Below are positions 23,179 to 36,802 of a DNA stretch of 64,000 nucleotides, piece after piece (position 1 is the stretch's first letter; every line of letters starts with the position of its first letter). A program made the position numbers and the translations under genes. The stretch lies in assembly GCA_964016885.1 (NCBI GenBank), contig OZ024740.1, forward strand, positions 201,996,001-202,060,000, written 5' to 3'. The notes beneath the pieces were generated by a model. That model did not search any database. It had not been told where the DNA came from and saw nothing but the letters and a program-made list of their open reading frames with translations. This DNA comes from Eledone cirrhosa (lineage: Eukaryota).

Positions 23179-26100
23179 CTACAGGCTTATATAGAGAGAA
23201 GGAGCAGCCACTCGGGCCATCTTTGCCACATTCACCTACCTTTTATAAAATTTGCTGGGGTACAGCACCTCTCTCTCCATCCTGATTCTTCTTCCAAAAT
23301 GATATTTGAAAAAACGAATCAGCTGCTCGCCGAAGAGAGAGGTGTCTGACCTCAGCCCTTTTAACCTCGTCCGCCATATAACCTCTTTCACCATAGCCAT
23401 AATACATAGGAAAACCGCCTCTCCCTCGTTTTTGAAGGAGAGTGGCGGTTTGATCATGACAATGGACTCGGTGGTCAACCGGATTGGTCCCACCCGCGAC
23501 AATAGTCGTTCTACATAGCCCCACAGGTCGGTAACGCCCAGGCAGTGTACAAATGCGTGCGCGACGGTTTCCTCGTCGCGCACGCATCTCGGACAGATCT
23601 TTTTCGAAGGGTCCCTATCCGGGCGCCCGTGTCTGTAGAGCTTGTCTCGAACTGGTAGAGCTCCTCGGTAGCACTGCCAGTCCAGGGACTTTTGGAAGTT
23701 GTCCATTGGTCCCGAACAGACTGGCCAGTTCGTCCTCCTCTACGCCTAGAGTTTCTCCGAGCGTGTCGTCGCACTTGCTGCGGACCAACCCTCTATAGAA
23801 TGTCGAAGTGGAGTCTCCACTGATCGCCGGGTCCGTTTGACAGAGGACTGTGAGCGTCTGAGCACATTCGATGTGCCAGTCGCCCATTTTCCTCTGTCTT
23901 TGCTTGACCCAGGACTGCAGCTCGGTCAGCGAAACGAGTCGTGGAAATGCTCGCCTCACGAACTGATTCTGAAAAATTCAATAAAGGATATTGCCTTTAT
24001 CCAAAAAGGTAAACTTTTTGGAAGCATTTCGGTGTTGATGAAAAACCAATTGACGGCACAAAAATATTCTGTGTCGCCGATTGTGTCGCCCCTTTACACC
24101 TTTTTCCCCACATATATGGGAAAAAGAACCCTGAAGATTAAAATTTCGAACATTTCACCAAATGTAAACGTCTGGTGGATTTTGACTGGCTTCATCGATT
24201 TCGATGAAGACACCATCATTTCAGTGGGAAGGTTCTCCAGAGGCACATTCAATGGTACAAGCCTGGAAGTTCTGGTCCAAATGAGGCCAGAACGGATAGC
24301 TAAAATACCCCAACGTGTGCCTCTGGATGGAATTTCATTCATAAACATTTCTGTTGAGGTTATCTGGTGAGGAATACGTGGAGGTGCCGCAGCCTGAGCG
24401 CGTGTTTGCGCATCGTCAGCCACGGCATCCCCAGCCTTCCGTTTGAAGGGTGTTGGCAGCAGATGGATCTTCTCACCAAAGGAGCCCGTTTCTTCCAAAG
24501 GAATTGGAAGAGCGCGCGCTCCATTTTGGTGAGCGTTTTGGCTGGAGAAGGCACGGCGGTCAAGCGGTAGTAGATGACGGACGCTATAAAAGTGTTCACC
24601 ACCGCCACTCGACCTTTCAAGGATAGTTTGCACTCAGCCCACTTCTGGGTGAGTGCAAACACCTTGGACCAAACCAGACCCCAAGCAGCTTTACCGGTCC
24701 TTCCGTCCAGCGTCCGACGCCGCCATCGGAAGGCATCGGTTTGCCTCTCCACGTTCCGAGTTGCAAACCGACGGATTTGTCCCGGTTCAGCTTCGCTCCT
24801 GTGAACCTTTCGTATTCCTCCAATAAGATGCCGATCTCCCCGATTTGCGAGGTGCTCGACACCATTACTGTCCGGTCGTCGGCGTAGGCCGACGCCGCTT
24901 TTCGCAGTCCCGGTTCCAAAGCGATGCCCTGCAATAGCTCCAACTTCCGCAGTAGTGGATCGAGAGTCAGTACGTACACAAGGGAGGAGAGAGGGCATCC
25001 CTGTCGGATGGATCGCGTGATATGGGACGGCTCCGAGAGGTAGCCGTTCACCTTGAGCCTTGAGCAGATGTTGCTGCTGTGCATTGCAGCAATCCAGCCC
25101 CTGAACATGGGTCCGAAGCCTGCCGCCTCGAGCACCGCATCCAGGTAACGATGGTCAACCCTATCGAAAGCCTTAGACTGATCCAAGTTGATCAGAGCCC
25201 CACCGAAGCTGGGTTTACACTCCACCCTCTCTATGCTGTATCGCATGAGGTAGAGGTTGTTGTGTATGGACCTGGTCGGGATTGTGCATGTCTGCGCTTC
25301 TCCCACCAGGTTTTCGACAAATGCCAGCCTCTTTGCCAACACCCTGGCCAAAATCTGTAACTCTGTGTTGAGCAGAGTTATGGGCCGGAAGTTGCCTATG
25401 TCATCCCCCTTGTTCTCGTCCTTCCTGATTAACGTGATTACGCCCTTGGTCACAGAACTGGGAATTCTCCTGTTCTGCTGCCAGTTGCAGTAGACCGCTT
25501 CCAGGAGACCGGAGAACAAGTCCGGCATTGCTACGTAAATTTCGTAGGGAAGACCGTCGAGACCTGGAGATTTGCGTTTGCCGCATTGGCTCAGCGCGTC
25601 CCCTATCTCAGCGGCCGAAATCGGTCTTTCGCAGAACTTCGCCTCGCTGTCCGAGAGTCGCGGTAGGCCGTCGAGGTATGGACCGAAATCCATAGCCCCT
25701 CCCGGCGCGCCGCCCTGCCCGAACAATTTTGCCTCCGTCACTCGGGCCTAGCTAACAGCTTTGGCTCCCTCGTTTCCCAGAGCACGTATTTTGCTTCTGA
25801 CAACGCAGCCTTCATGCTTTGCGTCGAAGAACTGGTCTAAGGCCGTTCTCGTCGCTAGCACGTTGGCTACGTTGCCACTTCTAATTGCCTCTTCTATTTT
25901 ATCTATCAGTTCCTTCTCGGTCCTATTTATATTTAACCCTAATACTTTACTAAAAACTAACGAGTCTAATCTAACTGCCCTCTTCAGAGAGTACCACCAT
26001 CTGTTGTTGACAATGGCCCCTGTCAAGTGCTGTTTAAATAAAGTGCTATCCATCTACTGTAGGCTTTGCAAGTCGGTAACGACAAGTTCAGCTTCCAGTA

Positions 26101-26990
26101 GCCGGGTCCTCGTCTATGGGTTCTATCTATGGGACCATGCAGGTCACTAGTTTGTGATCTGAATAGGCAACCATGAACATTTGTGGACAGCTTAACATGT
26201 CCCTATCTTTATCTATCTATCTGGGATGGACACACGCGTGAAACTTGCTGGGTAAGTTCAGCTTCCAGTAGCCAGGTCCCTGTCTATGGGTTTTGTCAAG
26301 GTTGACTAAGCAGGTCACTAATTTGTGATCTGAATAAGCAACCACGAATATTTGTGGACAGCTTAACATGTCCTTATCCTTCTTTCTAACTAGAACCCTA
26401 TCTAGGTACGATCTATATGTTCCGCTGCGATTAGTCCACGTCCACAGTGGCACAGTCGGAAAATCTAGTCGATATCTATCGGCCAGGTCAAATCGCCGAT
26501 TAACTGTTTGAGGCTGTTACACCCCCCTTTATCGGGACATGCTCCCGCATAGTCCCAACGTGCATCTAGGATTCCGTTCCAGTCCCCCACTAACAGCAGG
26601 GAGCGAGACATTCCCAGAAAAGTCTCTAGACGTTTGAAGAAGTCTGGCCGCGGTGTCCCGTATGGGGAATATGCGGCCACCAGCCTGAAGGCTTCACCTT
26701 CATTACCGTCAACGTCTAGGACCACCAGTCACCCTCCGGGTCTAGATGTACCGTCTGTTTTACGAGGTCCAGGTGTTTCCGCAGCAAAACGGCAACCCCG
26801 CCCCCACCTCCCGGCTGACAGAGAGATGCGTAGATCTCAAAGTCGTCGAAGATGGGGGCCAATTGTCGCTCGCAGTGGATCCTGGACTCGCAAATGGCTA
26901 CTACATCCATACTGTGCGACCTGAGGTCGTTTAAGAGTTTGCCCCGTTTCCAGGGCATCCCCAGGCCGCGTACATTCACACATTGGCCAT
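23179..26990 (-). pseudogene. E4 ORF2 (endonuclease and reverse transcriptase), disrupted by deletions and two templated insertions
   Basis: ORF fragments 26465-26725, 26217-26453, 24617-25741 and 23236-23706 carry EN, RT and finger motifs. Confidence 0.9.
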
Positions 26991-27030
26991 GTTGGTGCTG
27001 AAAAGTTAAAAGAAGAGGAAAAGAAATCAC

Positions 27031-28555
27031 TCACCTCTTCGTCTCCTGGAGACCAGGCTGCACAATTTCCATGGGGGTGTTGGAAGGGTTGTTTGGTGGG
27101 GTGGTGGTCTCTGGCGGGGTGGAGACGGAGATGTTTGGTGGGGAGGGGTGTCGGGGGGGGGGGGGGGGCATTTCAAAAGGACGCGGTTATAGGGTTTGAC
27201 GCAGGGGTTACCTACGTCGTTAGGAAATTTATCTTTTAACTGTTTATGTGTGTCCATGGAGATCCTAATCATTTTAAGGTTAGGATTCTCCGCAGAGTAT
27301 GTAAAAGTTTTCCCTTCGGTCTCCACCGAAGGGTTTTTATATATGGTGTCTGTTAAAGTTTTATTGTTAGTATTTATGTAGGTATAACATTTTTGTTGTG
27401 TTGTGTTGCTTTTTTCTGTGGTTCTTGTGTGTGTTTACGTTTTGTAGTAGCTGTTTTGTTTTCAGGAGGGGGTGTTTTTGTTTGTGCTGTTTGCGTCGCT
27501 TGTATTGGTGTGTGTGTGTTTGTTGCATTTTTGTTTGTGTTATGTCTTTTCTTTTTTCTTTTTACTGGTCGGAAAGGCTCTCCCTCATCGTCACTGGGTG
27601 ACGATGATGAGGCTTCATCCGTGTTGTTGGGGAGGGGTACATTTTGAGGAGCTGTTATGTGTGTTGGTGTTTCTGGAGTTGTTTTAGGGGGGCGACTGTG
27701 TTTGCAGTTTGGTTTGTTTTTGTGTGTTGTTGTTGTTGTGGTGGTGGTGGTGGTTGTGTTGTTGTGTTGGGTGTCGGCAGTAGTGCCTTTTTTTTAATGC
27801 AGTTAATTGAGGACAGGAAGCCCTCAGGTGACCACTGCTTAAACAGTGGTAACATGAAGGCCGCCTACCCTCAACAGAAATGTTTATGTAGGAATTTCCA
27901 TCCAGAGGCACACGTCGTGGTATTCTAGCTATCCGTTCAGGCCTCATTTGGACCAGAACTTCTAAGCTTGTACCGTTGAATATGCTCCCGAAATTACTGT
28001 ATCTTCATCAAAATTGATGAAACCAGCTATTATCCACCAGATGTTTACATTTGGTGTGATATTTGTTATTTTTATTTTTTGGGTCCTTTTTCCCATGTAT
28101 GTGGGGAAAAAGGTGTAGAGGGGGGGGGGGACACAATTGGCGACACAGAATATTTCTGTGCCGTCAATTGGTCTTTCATTATTATTGATAAACTCCCGAA
28201 GAGTTTTCCCTTCTGTATTAAGGCAATGTCCTTCATGGAGTTTCTTAGAACCAGCTCAATTTCGTTTTGAGTTAATTGAGTTGGTTTTCTGGTGGTATTT
28301 GAGATTGTCCTAAAAACTATGGTTTTCAGGACAGTGTCTCTACGCAATTCTTGGGGAGAAGTGATGCTAAAAGCACCATTCTCCCCAAAAGTTATATATT
28401 GCTTGGCATCTCTTAGCAATTCTCCGGCATTAGAGATGTCAATCTGTGTATATAGTTCTGTATTTTGGACAGTTTGTGCAAACGAGACCTTTTTTCCTTG
28501 TTTGTGGAGTTGTTGTTGTCATTATTGTTGCTGCTGTTGGTGTTGTCATTGTTGT

Positions 28556-28610
<55 letters not shown>

Positions 28611-28880
28611 CTCAATTGCTTGATCTGTGGTTGCGGAATTCATTTGTGAAGTTGTGTTTTCGTTCCTAGCATTGTTGTTATTGTTGTTGCTGGTGCCGCT
28701 GGTTGTGTTGTTTTGGTTTGTTGCCATGGCAACGTCAAGTTGTCGGTCAGCAGGTGGAGAAAATCCTTCCTCTGGCTGACCTTTGTCTTTGACATCTGCT
28801 ACTATGACAGTGGTAGGGGCAAGCTGTAAGCATATCTTCCCCTTTCTTCCTTCGAATGTTGGTGAAGAAGCTTCAGCCAT
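27031..28880 (-). pseudogene. E4 ORF1, frameshifted
   Basis: Fragments 28413-28880, 28072-28419, 27684-27947 (CCHC) and 27027-27326; (AAC)n tract at about 28555-28610. Confidence 0.85.
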
Positions 28881-29094
28881 TTTTTTTAAATGTTAGCTTT
28901 TCCAAAAAAACCTTTTATGTACTATTTCGCCTAAAGGCGTAGAATATTTTGAGAAACTGACCAGATCAAAATTTGACCTGGCATCCCCCGAAAAATTGGT
29001 ATAAAAATGAAGGTTCACAGTTAAGAATTTCTATAGAAATTTAGGCAGAACTTACCCAGCAAGTTTCACGCGTGTGTCCATCCCAGATAGATAG

Positions 29095-31457
29095 ATAAAG
29101 ATAGGGACATGTTAAGCTGTCCACAAATGTTCATGGTTGCCTATTCAGATCACAAACTAGTGACCTGCATGGTCCCATAAAGAGAACCCATAGACGAGGA
29201 CCCGGCTACTGGAAGCTGAACTTGTCGTTACCGACTTTCAAAGCCTACAGTAGATGGATAGCACTTTATTTAAACAGCACTTGATAGGGGCCATTGTCAA
29301 CAACAGATGGTGGTACTCTCTGAAAAGGGCAGTTAGATTAGACTCATTAGTTTTGAGTAAAGTATTAGCGTTAAATAGAAATAGGACCGAGAAGGAACTG
29401 ATAGATAAAATAGAAGAGGCAATTAGAAGTGGCAACGTAGCCAACGTGCTAGCGACGAGAACGGCCTTGGGACAGTTCTTCGACGCAAAGCAGAGGGCTG
29501 CGATGTCAGAAGCAAAATACGTGCTCTGGGTTACGAGGGAGCCAAAGCTGTTAGCTGGGCCCGGGTGACGGAGGCAAAAAGTGGCAACAAGTCCACGATT
29601 CGGTCTTTGAAGGACCAAGACGGACGTGTGATACGTGAACCGAAGCAGATGTGCGCGGCCTTTCAGCGGCACTTTTCTCAGCTGTTCGGGCAGGGCGGTG
29701 CGCCGGGAGGGGCTATGGATATCGGTCCATACCTCGACGGCCTACCGCGACTCTCGGACAGCGAGGCGAAGTTCTGCGAAAGGCCGATTTCGGCCGCTGA
29801 GACAGAGGACGCGCTGAGCCAATGCGGCAAACGCAAATCTCCAGGTCTCGACGGTCTACCCTACGAATTTTACGTAGCAATGCCGGACTTGTTCTCGGGT
29901 CTCCTGGAAGCGGTCTACTGCAACTGGCAGCAGAACAGGAGAATTCCCAGTTCTGTGATTAGTCACACTAGTCAGGAAGGACGTGGAGAGGCAAACGGAT
30001 GCCTTCCGATGGCGCAGTCGGACGCTGGACGGAAGGACCGGTAAAGCTGTTCGGGGTCTGGTTTGGTCCGAACCTCCAGGTGGAGAAGAACTGGAACGAG
30101 GTGACGGCCAAGGTGTTTGCACTCACTCAGAAGTGGGCCGAGTGCAAACTATCCTTGAAAGGTCGAGCGGAGGTGGCGAACACATTTATAGCGACCGTCA
30201 TCTACTACCGCTTGACCGTCGTGCCTTGTCCAGCCAAAACGCTCACCAAAATGGAGCGCGCGCTCTTCCAATTCCTTTGGAAGAAGCGGGCTCCTTTGGT
30301 GAGAAGATCCATCTGCTGCCAACACCCTTCCAACGTAGGGCTAGGTATGCCGTAGCTTATGATGCGCAAACACGCGCTCAAGCTGCGGCATCTCTACATA
30401 TTCCTCACCGTAAAACCGGTGTGGGCCCGATCGTGAGGCGAGCATTCCCACGACTCATCTCGCTGACCGAGCTGCAGTCCTGGGTCAAGCAAAGACCGAG
30501 GAAAATGGGCGACTGGCACATCGAATGTGCTCATGCGCTCACAGCCCTCTGGCAAGAGGACCCGGCGATCAGTGGAGACTCCACTTCGTCATTCTATAGA
30601 GAGTTGATCCGCAGCAAGTGCGACGTCGCGCTCGGAGAAGCTCTAGGCGTAGAGGAAGACGAACTGGCCAGTCTGTTCGGTAGGACCTTCTGCCCGGGAC
30701 CGATGGACAACTTCCAAATGTCCCTGGCCTGGCAGTGCAACCGAGGAGCTCTATCAGTTCGGGACAAGCTCTACAGACATGGGCGCCCGGGCAGGGACCC
30801 TTCGAAAAAGATCTGTCCGAGATGCGTGCGAGACGAAGAAACGCATTCATACACTGCCCGGGCGTTACCGACCTGTGGGGCTATGTAGAACGACTATTGT
30901 CGCGGGTGGGACCAATCCGGTTGACCACCGAGTCGATTGTCATGATCAAACTGCCACCCTCCTTCAAAAACGAAGGAGAGGCGGTTTTCCTTTGTGTGAT
31001 AGCTATGGCAAAAGAAGTTGTATGCTGGACAAGGTTAAAAGGGCTGAGGTCAGACACCTTTCTCTCCGGCCAACAACTGATTCTTTTTTCCAAATAACAC
31101 TTTGGAAGAAGAATCAGGATGGAGAGAGAGGTGCTGTACCCCAGCAAGTTTTATGAAAGGTGGGTGAAAGTGGCGAGAATGGCTCAAGCGAATGGGCCTT
31201 CTCTCTATATCAGCCTGTAGGTTGAGGAAAAAGAGGAAGAGAGGAAAGGGATACAAACTCTTCGTACGCCTGGAGATGAGGGTTGCACATTTTTTCGGGG
31301 GTATGTGTTACCCATATGAAATGTCTCCCCATATTAGGGAAAATCGATTAACTTTTAAATTGCGTTTGTGATAATATTTTACACGTTTTTATTGTATGTA
31401 AACTTCCCCCTTTGTATTTGTCCCCTTTTTTGTGCCGCTGTGGCTAATAAAGAAACA
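29095..31457 (+). mobile_element. Tx1/L1-type LINE E3, 3' half, with the RT core deleted
   Basis: Resumes the endonuclease at KDRDMLSCPQ, exactly where the 5' half stopped. A deletion of about 0.67 kb at 29981 removes YADD. Stop at 31220; ends AATAAAGAAACA|TATCTAATAC. Confidence 0.92.
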
Positions 31458-34400
31458 TATCTAATACACACATTGTCCAATATACACACTGTCTAATATA
31501 CACACTGACTAATACACACACTGTCTAATGTAAACAGTGTCTAATATATACATTGTCTAATGTATACGCTGTCTAATATATACACTGTCTAATATATACA
31601 CTGTCTAATATATATACACTGTCTAATATACACACTGTCTAATATACACACTGTCTAATATATACACTGTCTAATACACACACTGTCTAATATACACACT
31701 GTCTAATATATACACTGTCTAATAAACACTGTCTAATATATAGACACTGTCTACTACACACACTGTCTAATATACACGCTGTATAATATACAGTTTCTAA
31801 TACACACACTGACTAATATACACACAGTCTAATATACACATTGTCTAAAATATACACTGTCAAATATTCACACTGTCTAATATACAGTCTAATATAGTGT
31901 CTAATACACACACTGTCTAATATACACACTGTCTAATATACACACTGTCTAATATATACACTCTCTAATAAACACACTATCTAATACACACACTGTCTAA
32001 TATACACACTGTCTAATATACACTGTCTAATATACACTGTCTGATACACACACTGTCTAATATATACACTGCCTAATATACACACTGTCTAATATATAAA
32101 CTGTCTAATATATACACTGTCTAATATATACACTGTCTAATATATACACTGACTAATATACAAACTGTCTAATACACACACTGTCTAATATATACACTGT
32201 CTAATATATACACTGTCTAATATACACATTGTCTAATATATACACAGTCTAATATATACACTGTCTAATATACACACTGTCTAATATATACACTGTCAAA
32301 TATACACTGTCTAATATATACACTGTCTAATATACACACTGTATAATATATACACTGTCTAATATACACACTGTCTAATATATACACTGTCTAATATATA
32401 CACTGTCTAATATACACAGTGTCTAATATACACTGTCTAATATACACACTGTCTAATATATACAGACTGTCTAATACACGCACTGTCTAATATACACACT
32501 GACTAATATACAGTTTCTAATACACACACTGTCTAATATAAAAAACTGTCTAATATACACATTGTCTAATATATACACTGTCTAATATACACACTGTCTA
32601 ATATACAGTCTAATATACAGTGTCTAATACACACACTGTCTAATATACACACTGTCTAATATACACACTGTCTAATATATACACCGTCTAATATACACAC
32701 TATCTAATACACACACTGTCTAATATACACACTGTCTAATATACACTGTCTAATATACACTGTCTGATACACAGACTGTCTAATATATACACTGCTTAAT
32801 ATACACACTTTCTAATATATGAACTGTCTAATATATACACTGTCTAATATACACACTATCTAATACGCACACAGTCTAATATGTACACTGTCTAATATAC
32901 ACACTGTTTAATATATACACTGTCAAATATACACTGTCTAATATATACACTGTCTAATATATACACTGTCTAATATACACACTGTATAATGTATACACTG
33001 TCTAATATACACTGTCTAATATATACGCTGTCTAATATATACACTGTCTAATATACACACTGTATAATATATACACTGTCTAATATACACACTGTCTAAT
33101 ATATACACTGTCTAATATACACACTGACTAATATACAGTTTCTAATACACACACTGTCTAATATAAAAAAAACTGTCTAATATACACATTGTCTAATATA
33201 TACACTGTCTAATATACACACTGTCTAATATACAGTCTAATATACAGTGTCTAATACACACACTGTCTAATATATAGTGTATAATACACACACTGTCTAA
33301 TATATAGTGTCTAATACACACACTGTCTAATATATAGTGTCTAATACACACACTGTCTAATATAAACACTGTCTAATATACACACTGTCTAACATATACA
33401 CTGTCTAATGTACACACTCTCTAATACACACAGTGTCTAATATACACACTGTCTAATATACACTGTCTAATATATACACTGTCTAATATATACACTGTCT
33501 AATATACACACTGTCTAATACACACACTGTCTAATATATACACTGTCTAATATACACACTGACTAATACACACACTGTCTAATATATACACTGTCGAATA
33601 TACACACTGTCTAATATATACACTGTCTAATAGAGACACTGTCTAATATACACAATGTCTAATATATACACTGTCTAATATATACACTGTCTATCATACA
33701 CACTGTCTAATATACACACTGTTTAATATACACACTGTCTAATATACACACTGTCTAATATATACACTGTCTAATATATACACTGTCTAATATACACACT
33801 GTCTAATATACACACTGTCGAATATATACACTGTCTAATATACACTGTATAATATATACACTGTCTAATATATACACGGTCTAATACATACACTGTCTAA
33901 TATACACACTGTCTAATTTACACACTGTCTAATATATACACTGTCTAATATACACTGTGTAATATACACTGTCTAATATACACATCGTATAATATATAAT
34001 ATACAAACGGTCTAATATACACACTGTCTAATATACACACTGTCTAATATACACTTTTTAATATACACACTGTCTAATATATAGTCACTTTCTAATATAT
34101 ACACTGTCTAATATATACACTGTCTAATATGCACACTGTCTAATATATACACTGTCTAATATACACACTGACTAATATACACACTGTCTAATATACACAC
34201 TGTCCAATATACACACTGTCTAATATACACACTGTCTAATATATACAATGTATAATATACACACTGTCTAATATATACACTGTCTAATATACACACTGTC
34301 TATTATATACACTGTCTAATATACACAATGTCTAATATACACACTGTCGAATATATACACTGTCTAATATACACTGTATAATATATACACTGTCTAATAT

Positions 34401-36535
34401 ATACACGGTCTAATACATACACTGTCTATTATACACACTGTCTAATTTACACACTGTCTAATATATACACTGTCTAATATACACTGTGTAATATACACTG
34501 TCTAATATACACACCGTATAATATATAATATACAAACGTTCTAATATACACACTGTCTAATATACACACTGTCTAATATACACACTGTCTAATATACACA
34601 CTGTCTAATATATACACTGTCTAATATACACACTGTCTAATATCCGCATGTCTAATATATACACTGTCTAATATACACACTGACTAATACACACACTGTC
34701 TAATATATACACTGTCGAATATACACACTGTCTAATATATACACTGTCTAATATATACACTGTCTATCATACACACTGTCTAATATACACACTGTTTAAT
34801 ATACACACTGTCTAATATACACACTGTCTAATATATACACTGTCTAATATATACACTGTCTAATATACACACTGTCTAATATACACACTGTCGAATATAT
34901 ACACTGTCTAATATACACTGTATAATATATACACTGTCTAATATATACACGGTCTAATACATACACTGTCTAATATACACACTGTCTAATTTACACACTG
35001 TCTAATATATACACTGTCTAATATACACTGTGTAATATACACTGTCTAATATACACACCGTATAATATATAATATACAAACGGTCTAATATACACACTGT
35101 CTAATATACACACTGTCTAATATACACTTTTTAATATACACACTGTCTAATATATAGCCACTTTCTAATATATACACTGTCTAATATATACACTGTCTAA
35201 TATATACACTGTCTAATATACACACTGACTAATATACACACTGTCAATATACACACTGTCCAATATACACACTGTCTAATATACACACTGTCTAATATAT
35301 ACAATGTATAATATACACACTGTCTAATATATACACTGTCTAATATACACAATGTCTAATATACACACTGTCTAATATACATTGTCTAACATACTCACTG
35401 TCTAATATATACACTGTCTAATATATACACTGTCTAACATACACGCTGTCTAATATATACACTGTCTAATATACACTCTGTCTAATATACACACTGTCTG
35501 ATATACACTGTCTAATATACACACTGTCTAATATATACACTTTCTAATATACACACTGTCTAATATATACACTGTCTAATATATACAGTGTCTATTACAC
35601 ACACTGTCTAATATACACACTGTCCAATATACACACTATCTAATATACACACTGTCAAATATATACACTGTCTAATATACAGACTGTCTAATATACACTG
35701 TCTAATATACAAACTGTTTAATATAAACACTGTCTAATATACACACTGTCTAATATACACACTGTCTAATGTATACACTGTCTAATATACACACTGCCTA
35801 ATATGCACTCTCTAATATACACACTGTTTAATATAAACACTGTCTAATATACACTATCTAATATATGCAATGTCTAATATATACTCTGCCTAATATATAC
35901 ACTGTCTAATATATACACTGTCTAATTTATACACTGTCTAATATACACACAATGTCTAATATACACTGTCTAATTCACACACTGTCTAATATACACACTG
36001 TTTAATATACACTGTCTAATATACACACTGTCTAATATACACACTGTCTAATATACACTGTCTAATATACACACTGTCTAATATACACACTGTCTAATAT
36101 ACACACTGTCTAATATATACACTGTCTAATATACACACTGTCTAATATACACTGTCTAATTCACACACTGTCTAATATATACACTGTCTAATATACACTG
36201 TCTAATTTACACACTGTCTAATATACACACTCTCTAATATACACTGTCTAATATACACACTGTCTAATATACACACTGTCTAATATACACTGTCTTATAT
36301 ACACACTGTTTAATATACACACTGTCTAATATATGCACTGTCTAATATACACTGTCTAATTCACACACTGTCTACTATACACACTGTCTAATATACACTG
36401 TCTAATATACACTGTCTAATATACACGCTGTCTAATATACACACTGTATAATATACACACTATCTAATATACAGTGTGTAATGTATACACTGTCTAATAT
36501 ACACACTGTCTAATATATACACTGTCTAATATATT

Positions 36536-36802
36536 CCCACACCCGAAAACAAAACACCCACAACAAAGAGAAAACACATACCGGAACCACAGACAAAAAC
36601 AAACACAACACAGGAAAAGTACACATACACTTACATAAACGAAGAAAATAGAACACTGATGGAGACCATCAGAAACAACCCTTTGCTCAAAACCGAAGGG
36701 AAAACTTTGGATAGCTCCAACAAAAACAAAAAAATGAACCTAAAACTGATCAGGGTCCCTATAGGAACTTATAGATCCCTAAAAGAAACATTTGTAGAGG
36801 AC
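36536..36802 (+). mobile_element. 267-bp ORF1 fragment of E5 embedded in the satellite (copy 1)
   Basis: Near-identical to 39221-39487, including the left junction. Confidence 0.95.

Larger units (their letters stand above)
22947..29084 (-). mobile_element. Tx1/L1-type LINE E4, full length, nested antisense in E3
   Basis: 5' end at 29084, ORF1 28880-27031 (poly-Asn, CYHCLSSGHLRASC), ORF2 26990-23179 (374-aa RT fragment with YADD), and a 3' UTR with AATAAAAAAAA. Flanked by the duplication ATAAAGATA at 22938-22946 and 29095-29103. Confidence 0.93.

Noticed and set aside
22947-31457. Single large inverted segmental duplication
   Set aside because: The TSD, the contiguity of the E3 halves and the distinct UTRs show two separate elements (nested insertion) with only local conversion.
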